Assembly (NCBI GenBank): GCA_963718525.1 | Contig: OY970355.1 | Span: 2,400,001-2,464,000, forward strand | DNA length: 64,000 nt | Direction: 5' to 3' | Origin: Candidatus Dormiibacterota bacterium | Lineage (GTDB): Bacteria > Chloroflexota > Dormibacteria > Aeolococcales > Aeolococcaceae | Shown here: piece after piece, positions 34,033-43,003 of the stretch | Layout: the number at the start of each line of letters is the position of its first letter | How positions within the stretch are numbered: the first letter of the stretch is position 1 | Position numbers and translations under genes: made by a program | The notes under the pieces: model-generated | Told to the model about the DNA's origin: nothing | Seen by the model: only the letters and a program-made list of their open reading frames with translations | The model's database searches: none

Positions 34033-35075
34033 CGCTCGAAGAGCGCGGTCTGCGCCTCTGAGGCGCCGGGTGCGCCGGCCGGTACCGAGAGCCCGAGGTG
34101 CTCGTAGGCCGCGGCGGTGGCAAGGCGCCCGCGCAGCGTGCGTGCGAGCAACCCACGGCGGATGAGGAACGGCTCGACGACATCCTCGATGGTGTCCGGG
34201 TCCTCCTGGACGCTGACCGCGATCGTCTGGACGCCGACGGCGTGGCCGCCCAGGGTGCCGCAGAGCACATTGAGCACGCGCCGGTCGAGCTCGTCCAGCC
34301 CGATCGAGTCGATGCCGAGCACGTCGAGCGCGGCGGCCGCCACGCCGACGTCGATGCGGCCCTCTGCGCGCACCTGGGCATAGTCGCGGGCGCGCCGGAG
34401 CAGCCGGTTGACAATCCGTGGGGTGCCACGGGAGCGTCGCGCAATCATCGCTGCTCCCTCTGGCTCGAGCTCGATGCCGAGCAGACGCGCCGACCGGTTG
34501 GCGATGGCCACCAGGTCGTCGGTGTCGTAGAAGTCGAGCCGGAAGGTGACCCCGAACCGATCCCGGAGCGGCGCGCCGAGGGCGCCTGCCCGGGTCGTGG
34601 CACCGATCACGGTGAAGCGGTTGAGCGTGAGCCGGAGCGTCTGCGCACCGGCCCCCTTGCCGGCGACGAAGTCGAAGGCGAGGTCCTCCATCGCGGGATA
34701 GAGCGCCTCCTCGACCGCGCGGTTGAGGCGGTGCACCTCGTCGATGAAGAAGACGTCGCGCTCCTCCAGGCTCGTGAGGATCGACGCGAGCATCCCCTGG
34801 TGCTCGAGCGCAGGGCCGCTCGTCAGTCGAACGTTGACGCCCATCTCGACGGCGATGATCTGCGCCAGCGTCGTCTTGCCGAGCCCCGGCGGGCCGTAGA
34901 GCAGCACGTGGTCGAGTGCGTCGCCCCGCTGGCGGGCAGCCTCAATCAGGATGCGCACCTGATTCTTGATGGCGGCCTGCCCCACGAAGTCGTCGAGGGT
35001 GCGTGGTCGCAGAGCGGTGTCGGCGACGCGCTCGGCTTCGAGCTCGTCCGGGCTGACGATGCGCTCGTCGCTCAC
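34029..35075 (-). CDS. ruvB: Holliday junction helicase RuvB
   Basis: LRPRTLDDFVGQ, GPPGLGKTT, FIDEVHRL, SRGTPRI. Confidence 0.98.
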   Translation of the reverse strand: MSDERIVSPDELEAERVADTALRPRTLDDFVGQAAIKNQVRILIEAARQRGDALDHVLLYGPPGLGKTTLAQIIAVEMGVNVRLTSGPALEHQGMLASILTSLEERDVFFIDEVHRLNRAVEEALYPAMEDLAFDFVAGKGAGAQTLRLTLNRFTVIGATTRAGALGAPLRDRFGVTFRLDFYDTDDLVAIANRSARLLGIELEPEGAAMIARRSRGTPRIVNRLLRRARDYAQVRAEGRIDVGVAAAALDVLGIDSIGLDELDRRVLNVLCGTLGGHAVGVQTIAVSVQEDPDTIEDVVEPFLIRRGLLARTLRGRLATAAAYEHLGLSVPAGAPGASEAQTALFER

Positions 35076-35686
35076 CGCGAGGCGCCTGCGGTGTCGAGCC
35101 GGCGCAGGGCTGCACCGACAAGGTCGGCGACGTCACGCCCGTTGCCGTCGACGGCGATCGCGGCGACGGCGCTGCGTGCTTCGGACTCGCGGAAGCCGAG
35201 ACCGACGAGGCCGGCGATCGCGGCCGCGACGGCTTGGTTTTCGCCGGTGGCTGCCGGATGCTGGGTGCCCGGAGGCTCGAGAGCACCGACCTTGTCGCGC
35301 AACTCGAGGATCACACGCTCAGCGGTCTTGCGCCCGATGCCCGGGACGGTGGCGACCAGCGCGATGTCCCCCTCCGCGATGGCGCGCACCAGGGTGGGGA
35401 GCTCGGCTCGGCCGAGTATCCCGAGTGCCGCCTTTGGCCCGATGCGTTCGACACCGATGAGCAGGCGGAAGAGGCGCAGCTCGTCATCGGTGACGAACCC
35501 GTAGAGGCGGATGGCGTCTGCGCTGACGCTGGTGTGCACGTGCAGCGTCACCTCGGTGTCGCGCGAAGTGTGCAGCGTGGCAATGGTGCGCAGGTGGCAG
35601 AACACCTCGTACCCGACGCCGCCGGTGTCGACGACAACCTGGTCGTCGCCGACCTGCACGAGCGCTCCACGGATCAGCGCGATCAT
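35072..35686 (-). CDS. ruvA: Holliday junction branch migration protein RuvA
   Basis: GGVGYEV, LYGF, IGPKAAL, VPGIGRKTAERVILEL. Confidence 0.96.
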   Translation of the reverse strand: MIALIRGALVQVGDDQVVVDTGGVGYEVFCHLRTIATLHTSRDTEVTLHVHTSVSADAIRLYGFVTDDELRLFRLLIGVERIGPKAALGILGRAELPTLVRAIAEGDIALVATVPGIGRKTAERVILELRDKVGALEPPGTQHPAATGENQAVAAAIAGLVGLGFRESEARSAVAAIAVDGNGRDVADLVGAALRRLDTAGASR

Positions 35687-36249
35687 GGAACGCTGCGCAC
35701 GAGCGATGCACGCGCACGGCTGACCGCGACGTCGAGTGCACTCTCACGGCGTTCCCGCGTTCGCGATGTGAGCGTGCCCAGGCGCGCGCGATGGTGGTGG
35801 CACACGGCGACGGCGCAGGCGTCGGCGACATCGTCGTGTCCCGGGATGTCCCGCACGCCGAGCAGGTTGGCGACCATGCGCGCGACCTGCGGTTTGCGGG
35901 CTGCGCCGTAGCCGCACACCGCCTCCTTCACCTGCGTGGGTGTGTACTCCGCAACCGCGACACCCTCGCGGGCGAGCGCGCACAGCACCACACCTCGTGC
36001 TTCGCTGACGCGCATCGCGGTGCGCCGGTTCGTCGAGAAGAACAGCTGCTCAACAGCGGCGACCTCGGGTCGAAGCGAGGTGCACGCACCGACCACGAGG
36101 TCGAAGAGGATCGCCAGTCGCGCAGCCTCGCTGGTCTGCGGCACCGTCTCGATGCATGCCGCGTGCAACAACACGAGGTTTCCCGGTGTCCCCTCGACGA
36201 TGGCCACGCCGGTGCGTGCGAGCCCCGGGTCGATCCCGAGGACTCTCAT
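35683..36249 (-). CDS. ruvC: Holliday junction resolvase RuvC
   Basis: LGIDPGLARTG, EQLFF, ARGV, KEAVCGYGAARKPQV, DDVADA. Confidence 0.96.
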   Translation of the reverse strand: MRVLGIDPGLARTGVAIVEGTPGNLVLLHAACIETVPQTSEAARLAILFDLVVGACTSLRPEVAAVEQLFFSTNRRTAMRVSEARGVVLCALAREGVAVAEYTPTQVKEAVCGYGAARKPQVARMVANLLGVRDIPGHDDVADACAVAVCHHHRARLGTLTSRTRERRESALDVAVSRARASLVRSVP

Positions 36250-36270
36250 CCGGCTCGGAGGGCGCAGCGC

Positions 36271-37029
36271 TCAGCTGACAGCGTCAAGGACGTCGTCCGG
36301 TATCTCGGCATTGGCGTAGACCTGCTGGACGTCGTCGTGCTCCTCGAGACCGTCGAGGAGGCGGAGGACCTGACGAGCCTGCGACGCGTCGAGTGGCACC
36401 GAGGTCGTCGGGTTCATGGTGACCTCCGCGGAGCCCACCGAGTAGTTGCGTTCCTCGAGCGTGCGCCGCACCTCTTCGAAACGGGATGGAGCCACGGTCA
36501 CGACCACCTCGTCGCCATCCACGCTCACATCACCGTCCTCACCGACGTCGACGGCGTCGAGCAGCTCGAGCGCGAGTTCGTCCGGGTCACGCTTGCCGGC
36601 TTCGATGGTGATGACCCCTTGTTGATTGAACATCCAGGCGACGCTGTTCGCCTCGCCGAGCGCGCCGCCAGAGCGCGTGAACGCGTTGCGGATCCCCGCG
36701 ACCGTGCGATTGCGGTTATCGGTCAGCGTGTCCACCATCACCGCGACACCGTGCGGCCCGTAGCCCTCGTATCGCACCTCTTCGAGCTGCACGCCATCCT
36801 TCCCGCCGGCACCCCGCTGGATGGCCCGGTCGATGTTGTCTGCGGGCATGTTCACCTCTCGGGCCTTCTGGATGGCAAGGCGCAGACGGAAGTTGCCCTC
36901 GACATCAGGGCCGCCCTCGCGGGCGGCGACCGTCAGCTCGCGTGTGACCTTGGTGAACACCTGGCCGCGACGAGCGTCGACGATCGCTTTCTTGTGCTTG
37001 ATTCCAGCCCACTTGCTGTGACCGGACAT
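36271..37029 (-). CDS. yebC: YebC/PmpR family protein
   Basis: MSGHSKWAGIKHKK after GGAGG, YEGYGPHGVA, TDNRNRT, DDVQQVYAN. Confidence 0.97.
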   Translation of the reverse strand: MSGHSKWAGIKHKKAIVDARRGQVFTKVTRELTVAAREGGPDVEGNFRLRLAIQKAREVNMPADNIDRAIQRGAGGKDGVQLEEVRYEGYGPHGVAVMVDTLTDNRNRTVAGIRNAFTRSGGALGEANSVAWMFNQQGVITIEAGKRDPDELALELLDAVDVGEDGDVSVDGDEVVVTVAPSRFEEVRRTLEERNYSVGSAEVTMNPTTSVPLDASQARQVLRLLDGLEEHDDVQQVYANAEIPDDVLDAVS

Positions 37030-37042
37030 GGATCCTCCGAGA

Positions 37043-37085
37043 CGAACAGGCGTTCCGATTCTAGCGCAGCCCAGAACCCAGTCTA
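37043..37085 (-). promoter_or_regulatory. yebC-ruvCAB promoter (TAGACT-16-TAGAAT) with LexA box CGAACAGGCGTTCC
   Basis: -10 37058-37063, -35 37080-37085, exact GAAC-N4-GTTC in 37043-37056. Confidence 0.75.
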
Positions 37086-37098
37086 GGACTCCCGGTCC

Positions 37099-37127
37099 TT
37101 GTGGTAAGCGGCGGACAGGTCTATGGT
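37099..37127 (+). promoter_or_regulatory. Putative promoter TTGTGG-17-TATGGT for the candidate ncRNA
   Basis: -35 37099-37104, -10 37122-37127, 17-nt spacer, divergent from yebC. Confidence 0.5.
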
Positions 37128-37133
37128 TAGGGG

Positions 37134-37462
37134 GAAGCGTCGGCAATCAGACGGAGGTAGGAATACCAATGTTGCGAGCCGTCTGGCACCGTTTTCGGCA
37201 CGGTCGAGCGGAGGGTTGAGGCCCGGCTGACGGGCCCCTGACCGCACGACCATGGCGCCCCCGTCGAGGTCGCTGGGCAATCGGCGTCCCCCGGGCTGGC
37301 CCGGACATGGGCGAGTGCGCGTTGTGCGGGCTGGGAGGCTCGTACCGGGCGTTTCTCCGAACCCGGCACCGGTTTCGGTGCCATCAAGAGCCCGGGAATT
37401 TCTACCGGGCTGCCGTATCAAACGGTGCATAAACCAAGGGGCCGGCTAGTCCGGCCCCTTTC
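37134..37462 (+). ncRNA. Candidate large structured ncRNA, family not recognised
   Basis: Long-range helix GCACCGTTT(37186-94)/AAACGGTGC(37420-28) closing several abutting hairpins; G-U pairs favour the + strand; flanked by promoter and terminator. Confidence 0.6.
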
Positions 37463-37466
37463 ATTT
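37436..37466 (+). terminator. Intrinsic terminator, possibly bidirectional
   Basis: AAGGGGCCGG-CTAGT-CCGGCCCCTT then TCATTT; abuts the convergent mpg stop. Confidence 0.75.
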
Positions 37467-38099
37467 GCCGCCCGGCGGTGGGTCACCCTCGCGCGGCACG
37501 GGTCGCGAGACGGCGGGATCACCGCGCCAGCTGAACCGCAGCAACCGGTCGGCGGCATTGCGCAGTCCGACACGGGTTCCGACGGCGATGGGAGGCGTCG
37601 AGGTCCGCGGCCGGATGTGCACTCGTGAGGCCGGATCGATCAGATCGATGCCGTCGTCCGCGCGGGTGATCCCCAGTCCCCGGCAGAGGTTGCCCGGTCC
37701 GCGAAGCAGCCCGGCGTCTTCGGCCCCGCCACGCCGTGCCGCCACCACGGGCCCACCCTCCTCCAGCGCGGCGGCACGAAGCAGCACCGCGCCAGCGGTG
37801 CCGTCCACCTCGGTGACCACGTTGGCGCAGTGATGCATGCCGTAGGTGAAGTACACGTAGAGGTGCGCAGCCGGGCCGAACATCACCCGCGATCGCGGGG
37901 TCGGACCGCGGAACGCATGGGACGCGGGATCGCTGGTTCCGAGGTATGCCTCGGTCTCCACGATACGGGCCACGGCGACGTTCGACGTTTCCGCGTCGAC
38001 GACGATCATGCAGCCCACCAGATCTCGGGCGACCTCTTCCGTTGGCCGCGCGAACCACTCGCGGGGCAGCTCGGTTACCGGCGAATCTCCGCGTCGCAT
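37461..38099 (-). CDS. DNA-3-methyladenine glycosylase (MPG/AAG family); start uncertain (ATG 38099 or GTA 38078)
   Basis: RIVETEAYLG, DPASHA, YVYFTYGMHHCANVV, AVLLRA, GPGNLC. Confidence 0.93.
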   Translation of the reverse strand: MRRGDSPVTELPREWFARPTEEVARDLVGCMIVVDAETSNVAVARIVETEAYLGTSDPASHAFRGPTPRSRVMFGPAAHLYVYFTYGMHHCANVVTEVDGTAGAVLLRAAALEEGGPVVAARRGGAEDAGLLRGPGNLCRGLGITRADDGIDLIDPASRVHIRPRTSTPPIAVGTRVGLRNAADRLLRFSWRGDPAVSRPVPREGDPPPGGK

Positions 38100-40564
38100 C
38101 GCTCGGCAAGCGCTCTGGCGATCACGTCCTGGGCGCGCTGTGCCTCCTCGCCCGTCAAGGTGCGGTCGGGTGCCCGGAACGTGAGCCGGAACGTCCAACC
38201 CTTCCTCCCCGCCTCGAGCCTGCCGCCCCGATACTCGTCGTACAGCTCGGCGCTTTCGAGCAGGGGTTCCCGTGCATCACGAATTGCGGCGATGGCATCG
38301 CCGGCCTGGCGGTCGGTGGCAACAGTCACCGCCAGATCCTGGACGATCGCGGGAAATCGAGGGGGTTGCACGTATCGGATCGGTCGTGGCGCCGCAGGCG
38401 CGATCGCATCGATGCGCAGCTCACCGACCGCGGCGCGTCCCCGAATCTCGAATGCTGCGGCGGTTTCGAACGACAGCTCGCCGAGAACGCCGACGGTGTC
38501 GTCGCCGAGCCGGAGGAGCGCACTGCGTCCTGGGTGCAGCCCCGATTCCGCTGACGGCCCGGAGCGAAGCTGGGCGCTCGCGAGGTCGCGGCTGATGCGC
38601 TCGAACACCGACTGCACGTGTCGAATCGCCCGTGCGGCGTCCTCAGCCGACCCGCTCGACACATGCACGGCGAGGCTGAGCAACAGGGGCTCGAGCGGCA
38701 GCGGGGGGAGCTCGCGGTCGGCACCGTCGGCCGTCGAGCCCGGCGGAAGCCCGGCTCGTTCGCCCTCCCAGAACGCGCGGCCGAGCTCGAAGAGCATCAC
38801 GTCGTCGGTGCCGCGGTTCACGTTGGACGCGAGCGCCGCGCAGAGCCGGGGGAGCTGCGACGTGCGCAGCAGGCTCCACTCATCACTGAGGGGATTGCGC
38901 AGTGGGAGTGGCGTGCGATCGCGCCCGAGCCCGGGCAGGAGCTTCGCATCGAGCGGACCGACGAACGAGAACGTGATTGCCTCGTCGAAGCCGGCCCCGA
39001 CGCAGACGTCGCGGATCTCATCGTCAAGCGGGGGTGGCGAAGCCGTTCGGCTCACCTCGACGCGCCGGCCCGGGAGCGTGCTCGGCACCCGCGAGTACCC
39101 GATCATCCGTCCGACCTCCTCGACGAGGTCCTCCGGAATCGACACGTCGCGACGGAAATACGGTGGCATGACGGTCAGGGTGGCTCCGTCCTGCTCCACC
39201 GCGAAACCGAGGCGCGCGAGTGTCGTGGCGATCTCGGTCGCGTCGATCGGGATTCCCAGCAGATCGCCCGTGAATCGTGCGGTCAGCGAGATCGGACCGA
39301 GCTCCGGAAGTGGCTGCGGCCATTGGTCGATCGTGCCGCTCAGCACGTGTCCGCCTGACAGCTCTGCGATCAGCGCCGCCGCGCGATCAAGCGCGATCGG
39401 TGGGAGTCGGTCGCTCACTCCCTTCTCGAAGACTGTCGAAGCATCGGTGCGCAGCCCCAGCCGCTTGGAGGTCGCGCGAATGGTCGGCCCATCCCAATTC
39501 GCCGCCTCCAGGAGCACGGTCCTGGTTGCGTCGGTGACCGCTGTCGCGCTGCCTCCGATGATCCCGGCGATGCTGGCGGGAGTCGCGCCGGCGCACACCA
39601 CGAGGTCGTCAGGAGAGAGCTCGCGGTCGATGCCGAGCAGATCGACGACGTGTTCACCCGCTGCGGCGCGGCGAACGATCACGTCGGCCGGCTTCGTAGC
39701 CCCGGCCTCAGCGAATCGATCGAGATCGAATGCGTGCAGGGGTTGACCGAGCTCGTGGAGCACGAAATTGGTGATGTCGACCACGTTGTTGATGGGTCGC
39801 AGGCCGACGGCACGCAGTCGTTGGCGCAGCCAGCCAGGCGATGGGCCGACAGCCAAGCCCTCGATCACTCGAGCCGCGAATCGCGGGCAACCGTCTGGAT
39901 CCTCGATCCGGACCTGCGCGCGCAGCTCGGCGGATGTCGCCGAAAGAAACTCCTCAGGTACGGAGGAGGGCGGTTCGTTCAGCCCCTCGCCGAGCGCCGC
40001 CGCGAGCTCGCGGGCGATGCCGACGTGGCACAGGCAGTCGGGCCGGTTGGTCGTGACGTCGAGGTCGAGGACGGTATCGAGCGCCAGCACTTCGCCGAGC
40101 CCCTGTCCCGGGATTCCCTCATCGAGGATGAGGATGCCATCGGCGTCCTCCCCCACCCCGAGCTCGATAGCGGAGCAGAGCATCCCGGGCGACTTGTGGC
40201 CGCGGATCGTCTTGACTCCGAGGCGCTCGTCGATCGCCGGAGGGCGCGATCCCGGCGGCGCGTAGGGGACCAGGTCGCCCACCTTGACGTTCGGGGCGCC
40301 GGTGAGGACTTTCACCGTCCCCGGCACGACGCTGAAGCTCTCGAGTGGCGCTGGGACCTGCCCGCCGAGATCGAGATCGGCAAATTGCAGGTGGGACGAA
40401 CCTGGAACCGGCCCGACCGACGTGATCCGCGCGACGAGGAGGCCTTCGCCCCCGAGTTCCACGGCTCCGACCTCGGTGCCGGTGTCGACGAGCGTTTTCA
40501 CGATCGTCGCAACGGGTGCGTCGAGGGTTGCGTAGTCGCGAAGCCAGCGAAGGGAGAACTTCAC
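38075..40564 (-). CDS. pheT: Phenylalanine--tRNA ligase beta subunit
   Basis: MKFSLRWL, SPGMLCS, TTNRPDCL, INNVVDITN, GQPLHAFD, EDLVEEVGR, FDX-ACB C-terminus. Confidence 0.97.
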   Translation of the reverse strand: MKFSLRWLRDYATLDAPVATIVKTLVDTGTEVGAVELGGEGLLVARITSVGPVPGSSHLQFADLDLGGQVPAPLESFSVVPGTVKVLTGAPNVKVGDLVPYAPPGSRPPAIDERLGVKTIRGHKSPGMLCSAIELGVGEDADGILILDEGIPGQGLGEVLALDTVLDLDVTTNRPDCLCHVGIARELAAALGEGLNEPPSSVPEEFLSATSAELRAQVRIEDPDGCPRFAARVIEGLAVGPSPGWLRQRLRAVGLRPINNVVDITNFVLHELGQPLHAFDLDRFAEAGATKPADVIVRRAAAGEHVVDLLGIDRELSPDDLVVCAGATPASIAGIIGGSATAVTDATRTVLLEAANWDGPTIRATSKRLGLRTDASTVFEKGVSDRLPPIALDRAAALIAELSGGHVLSGTIDQWPQPLPELGPISLTARFTGDLLGIPIDATEIATTLARLGFAVEQDGATLTVMPPYFRRDVSIPEDLVEEVGRMIGYSRVPSTLPGRRVEVSRTASPPPLDDEIRDVCVGAGFDEAITFSFVGPLDAKLLPGLGRDRTPLPLRNPLSDEWSLLRTSQLPRLCAALASNVNRGTDDVMLFELGRAFWEGERAGLPPGSTADGADRELPPLPLEPLLLSLAVHVSSGSAEDAARAIRHVQSVFERISRDLASAQLRSGPSAESGLHPGRSALLRLGDDTVGVLGELSFETAAAFEIRGRAAVGELRIDAIAPAAPRPIRYVQPPRFPAIVQDLAVTVATDRQAGDAIAAIRDAREPLLESAELYDEYRGGRLEAGRKGWTFRLTFRAPDRTLTGEEAQRAQDVIARALAERCDAEIRR

Positions 40565-41619
40565 TGTGCGTGCCGCTCCGCCGGCGCCTCGGGCACCACC
40601 TCGGGAACCAGGAAGCGGACGTCGTTGTCATAGATGAGGCGCAGGTCGGGGATGCCCCACGCCAGCATCGCGGCGCGCTCGATACCCATGCCGAAGGCGA
40701 AGCCGGAATAACGCTCGGGGTCGACCCCGCCGTTGCGCAGCACCTGGGGATGCACCATCCCGCTGCCCAGGAGCTCGAGCCATCCGCTGTGCTTGCAGAC
40801 GCTGCATCCCGACCCCCCGCATACGACGCAGGCGAGCTCCAACTCGAGCGAGGGCTCGGTGAAGGGAAAATGGTGCGGCCGCCATTGCAGCTTCGAGGCC
40901 GCCCCGAAGAACGATCGGGCGAAGAACTCGAGGGTTCCCTTGAGGTCACTGACCGCGATCCCCTCGTCGACGCAGAGCCCCTCGACCTGGTGAAACATCG
41001 GGCTGTGGGTGGCGTCGTGGTCGCGGCGAAATGCCTTGCCGGGAACGATCACCCGCTGCGGCGCGCCGCGGATGAGCATGCTGCGGATCTGCACCGGCGA
41101 GGTGTGTGTCCTCAGCAGCCGTGAATCATCGATGTAGAACGTATCCTGCGAATCGCGCGCAGGGTGGCCCGGCGGCTGGTTGACGAGCGTGAAGTTGTAG
41201 CGGTCGTACTCGACTTCAGGGCCTTCGACACTCTCGAAGCCGAGCAGTCCGAAGATTCGCCGCATCTCGCGGGCGGCAAGCGTCACCGGGCTCAGACGGC
41301 CCCGGCGAAGCGACGGAGCCGGTCGCGTGAGATCGAGCGTCTCCACTTCCATGCTCTGAGCCCTGGCTGCGTGCTCGATGGTGCGCTGGCGCTCGCCGAT
41401 GGCATCGGTCACCCGCTCGACGAGCACGTTGACCATCTGGCCCATCTGACGCCGCCCGTCAGGGTCCGGGATCTTGCCCAGCCCACGTCGGAAGGAGGTC
41501 AGCTCACCGTCGCCGCGGCCGAGGTACCGGGACCGCACCGCGTCGAGCGCGGCCAGGTCCGGCGCGGCGGCGACCGCCTCGAGAGCTTCCGCCGCCACGC
41601 TGTGGAGGTCGGCGGTCAC
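40561..41619 (-). CDS. pheS: Phenylalanine--tRNA ligase alpha subunit
   Basis: GTG 41619; [48 protein letters not shown]. Confidence 0.97.
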   Translation of the reverse strand: MTADLHSVAAEALEAVAAAPDLAALDAVRSRYLGRGDGELTSFRRGLGKIPDPDGRRQMGQMVNVLVERVTDAIGERQRTIEHAARAQSMEVETLDLTRPAPSLRRGRLSPVTLAAREMRRIFGLLGFESVEGPEVEYDRYNFTLVNQPPGHPARDSQDTFYIDDSRLLRTHTSPVQIRSMLIRGAPQRVIVPGKAFRRDHDATHSPMFHQVEGLCVDEGIAVSDLKGTLEFFARSFFGAASKLQWRPHHFPFTEPSLELELACVVCGGSGCSVCKHSGWLELLGSGMVHPQVLRNGGVDPERYSGFAFGMGIERAAMLAWGIPDLRLIYDNDVRFLVPEVVPEAPAERHAQ

Positions 41620-41978
41620 GCCTTGGTGAGAGCGCCCCGGGCGACTTCGACGAGCTGCTGAAACGACCCCGAATCCTTGACCGCGATGTCGGCGAGCATC
41701 TTGCGATTCACCTCGACGCCGGCCTCTTTGAGGCCGTGCATGAACTGGTTGTACGCAAGGCCGTGCTGCCGTGCCGCAGCGTTGATGCGCGCGATCCACA
41801 GACCGCGCATGTCACCTTTGCGCTGCTTGCGGTCGCGGTACGCGTACGCGAGCGAATGCATGACCGCTTCGTTGGCGTTCTTGTAGAGCCGATGACGAGC
41901 CCCCTGCATCCCCTCGGCCATCTCGAGGATCTTCCGGTGCCGAGCCTTGGCCGTCACCCCACGCTTCACTCTGGCCAT
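41616..41978 (-). CDS. rplT: 50S ribosomal protein L20
   Basis: [35 protein letters not shown]. Confidence 0.98.
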   Translation of the reverse strand: MARVKRGVTAKARHRKILEMAEGMQGARHRLYKNANEAVMHSLAYAYRDRKQRKGDMRGLWIARINAAARQHGLAYNQFMHGLKEAGVEVNRKMLADIAVKDSGSFQQLVEVARGALTKA

Positions 41979-41987
41979 GTCGCTCTC

Positions 41988-42185
41988 CTAAAGGTAGGGT
42001 GCAAGCCGGATCACCTTGCGGCGGTCCGACGAGGACACCTCGTGTTGCATCCGGTACTGGCGCTTGCGCTTGGCGCTCTTGTGCTCGAGCAGGTGCGAGC
42101 GAAACGCCTTGCGCCGCATCACCTTTCCCGTCGAGGTGACGCGGAGCCGCTTCGCGGTTCCCTTATGGGTTCGTATCTTCGGCAT
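41988..42185 (-). CDS. rpmI: 50S ribosomal protein L35
   Basis: MPKIRTHKGTAKR...HLLEHKS. Confidence 0.97.
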   Translation of the reverse strand: MPKIRTHKGTAKRLRVTSTGKVMRRKAFRSHLLEHKSAKRKRQYRMQHEVSSSDRRKVIRLAPYL

Positions 42186-42816
42186 GGTCGTTGCTGCTCC
42201 CTGATTCGGCGCCGGCGTCTTCGACCGGAGTGGAGACGGTCATCTCAACCTCGTGCGTCGGATGCCGGTCATTCGTGTGCTGGTCGCCTTTCGCGTGCTT
42301 CTTGTTGAGCGGGCTCATGATCATGATCATGTTGCGGCCCTCGACGAGGGGGGTCCGCTCGATGATCGCCACCTCTTTCAGTTCGTCGGCCATCCGGTCG
42401 AGCAGCTTGCGCCCGTACTCCTGGTGCACCATCTCGCGGCCGCGAAACATGATGGTGAGCTTCACCTTGTCGCCGTCGTGGAGGAAGTGACGAACGGACC
42501 CGAACTTGGTCTGGAAGTCGTGCTCCGAGATCTTCGGACGCAGCTTCATCTCCTTGACGTTGATGGTGTTGTGCTCTTTGCGACTTTCCTTCTCCTTCTT
42601 CAGGGCTTCGAACTTGAAGCGCCCGTAGTCCATGAGACGGCACACAGGTGGTTGGGCCTGGGGAGCCACCTCGACCAGGTCCAGCTCGCGTTGGGCGGCG
42701 AGCTCTCGCGCTCGCTCGATGGTGACAATTCCCAACTGCTCGCCGGTGGTGTCGTCAAACAGACGAACGGTTGGGATGCGGATCTGGTCGTTGACCCTGA
42801 GCTCTCGGAATGCGAT
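42163..42816 (-). CDS. infC: Translation initiation factor IF-3 (ATC start)
   Basis: AAGGAGG-8nt-ATC; RVNDQIR, DLVEVAP, PPVCRLMDYG, GDKVKLTIMFRGRE. Confidence 0.96.
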   Translation of the reverse strand: MAFRELRVNDQIRIPTVRLFDDTTGEQLGIVTIERARELAAQRELDLVEVAPQAQPPVCRLMDYGRFKFEALKKEKESRKEHNTINVKEMKLRPKISEHDFQTKFGSVRHFLHDGDKVKLTIMFRGREMVHQEYGRKLLDRMADELKEVAIIERTPLVEGRNMIMIMSPLNKKHAKGDQHTNDRHPTHEVEMTVSTPVEDAGAESGSSNDHAEDTNP

Positions 42817-42839
42817 CGGCGCGGCCTCCTTGTGGATAT

Positions 42840-42869
42840 AAAAAACTGGACAGCGGTTCCGCTATCCAG
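42840..42869 (-). terminator. Attenuator-type terminator in the infC leader
   Basis: CTGGATAGCGG-AA-CCGCTGTCCAG followed by TTTTTT just 5' of the infC SD. Confidence 0.75.
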
Positions 42870-43003
42870 GGTTCGGGTGCTGGACCTTCAAGGCAAGCCC
42901 GGAAGGTGAGGGCCGCACCTGGCGGTCCTGCTTTGCGGCGCCCACCATGGGCGTCGGCCGCTGAATATAGCACGCGCGCGGGAGGCCCAAACCTACGGTG
43001 ATC

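Noticed and set aside
37169-37432. SD-preceded frame MLRAVWHRFRHGRAEG-TGA-...SNGA read as a readthrough or selenocysteine protein
   Set aside because: TGA at codon 17, no redox-type context, no recognisable family; base-pairing explains the region better. A 16-aa peptide within the RNA cannot be excluded.
37125-37460. Identity of the structured region as 6S, SRP, RNase P, tmRNA or a cobalamin/c-di-AMP riboswitch
   Set aside because: Signature sequences not found by eye, the fold is branched rather than rod-like, and there is no downstream same-strand gene; cmscan is needed to be sure.
42831-42839. Single DnaA-like 9-mer ATATCCACA before infC
   Set aside because: Isolated, one mismatch, and explained by the terminator tail/SD junction.
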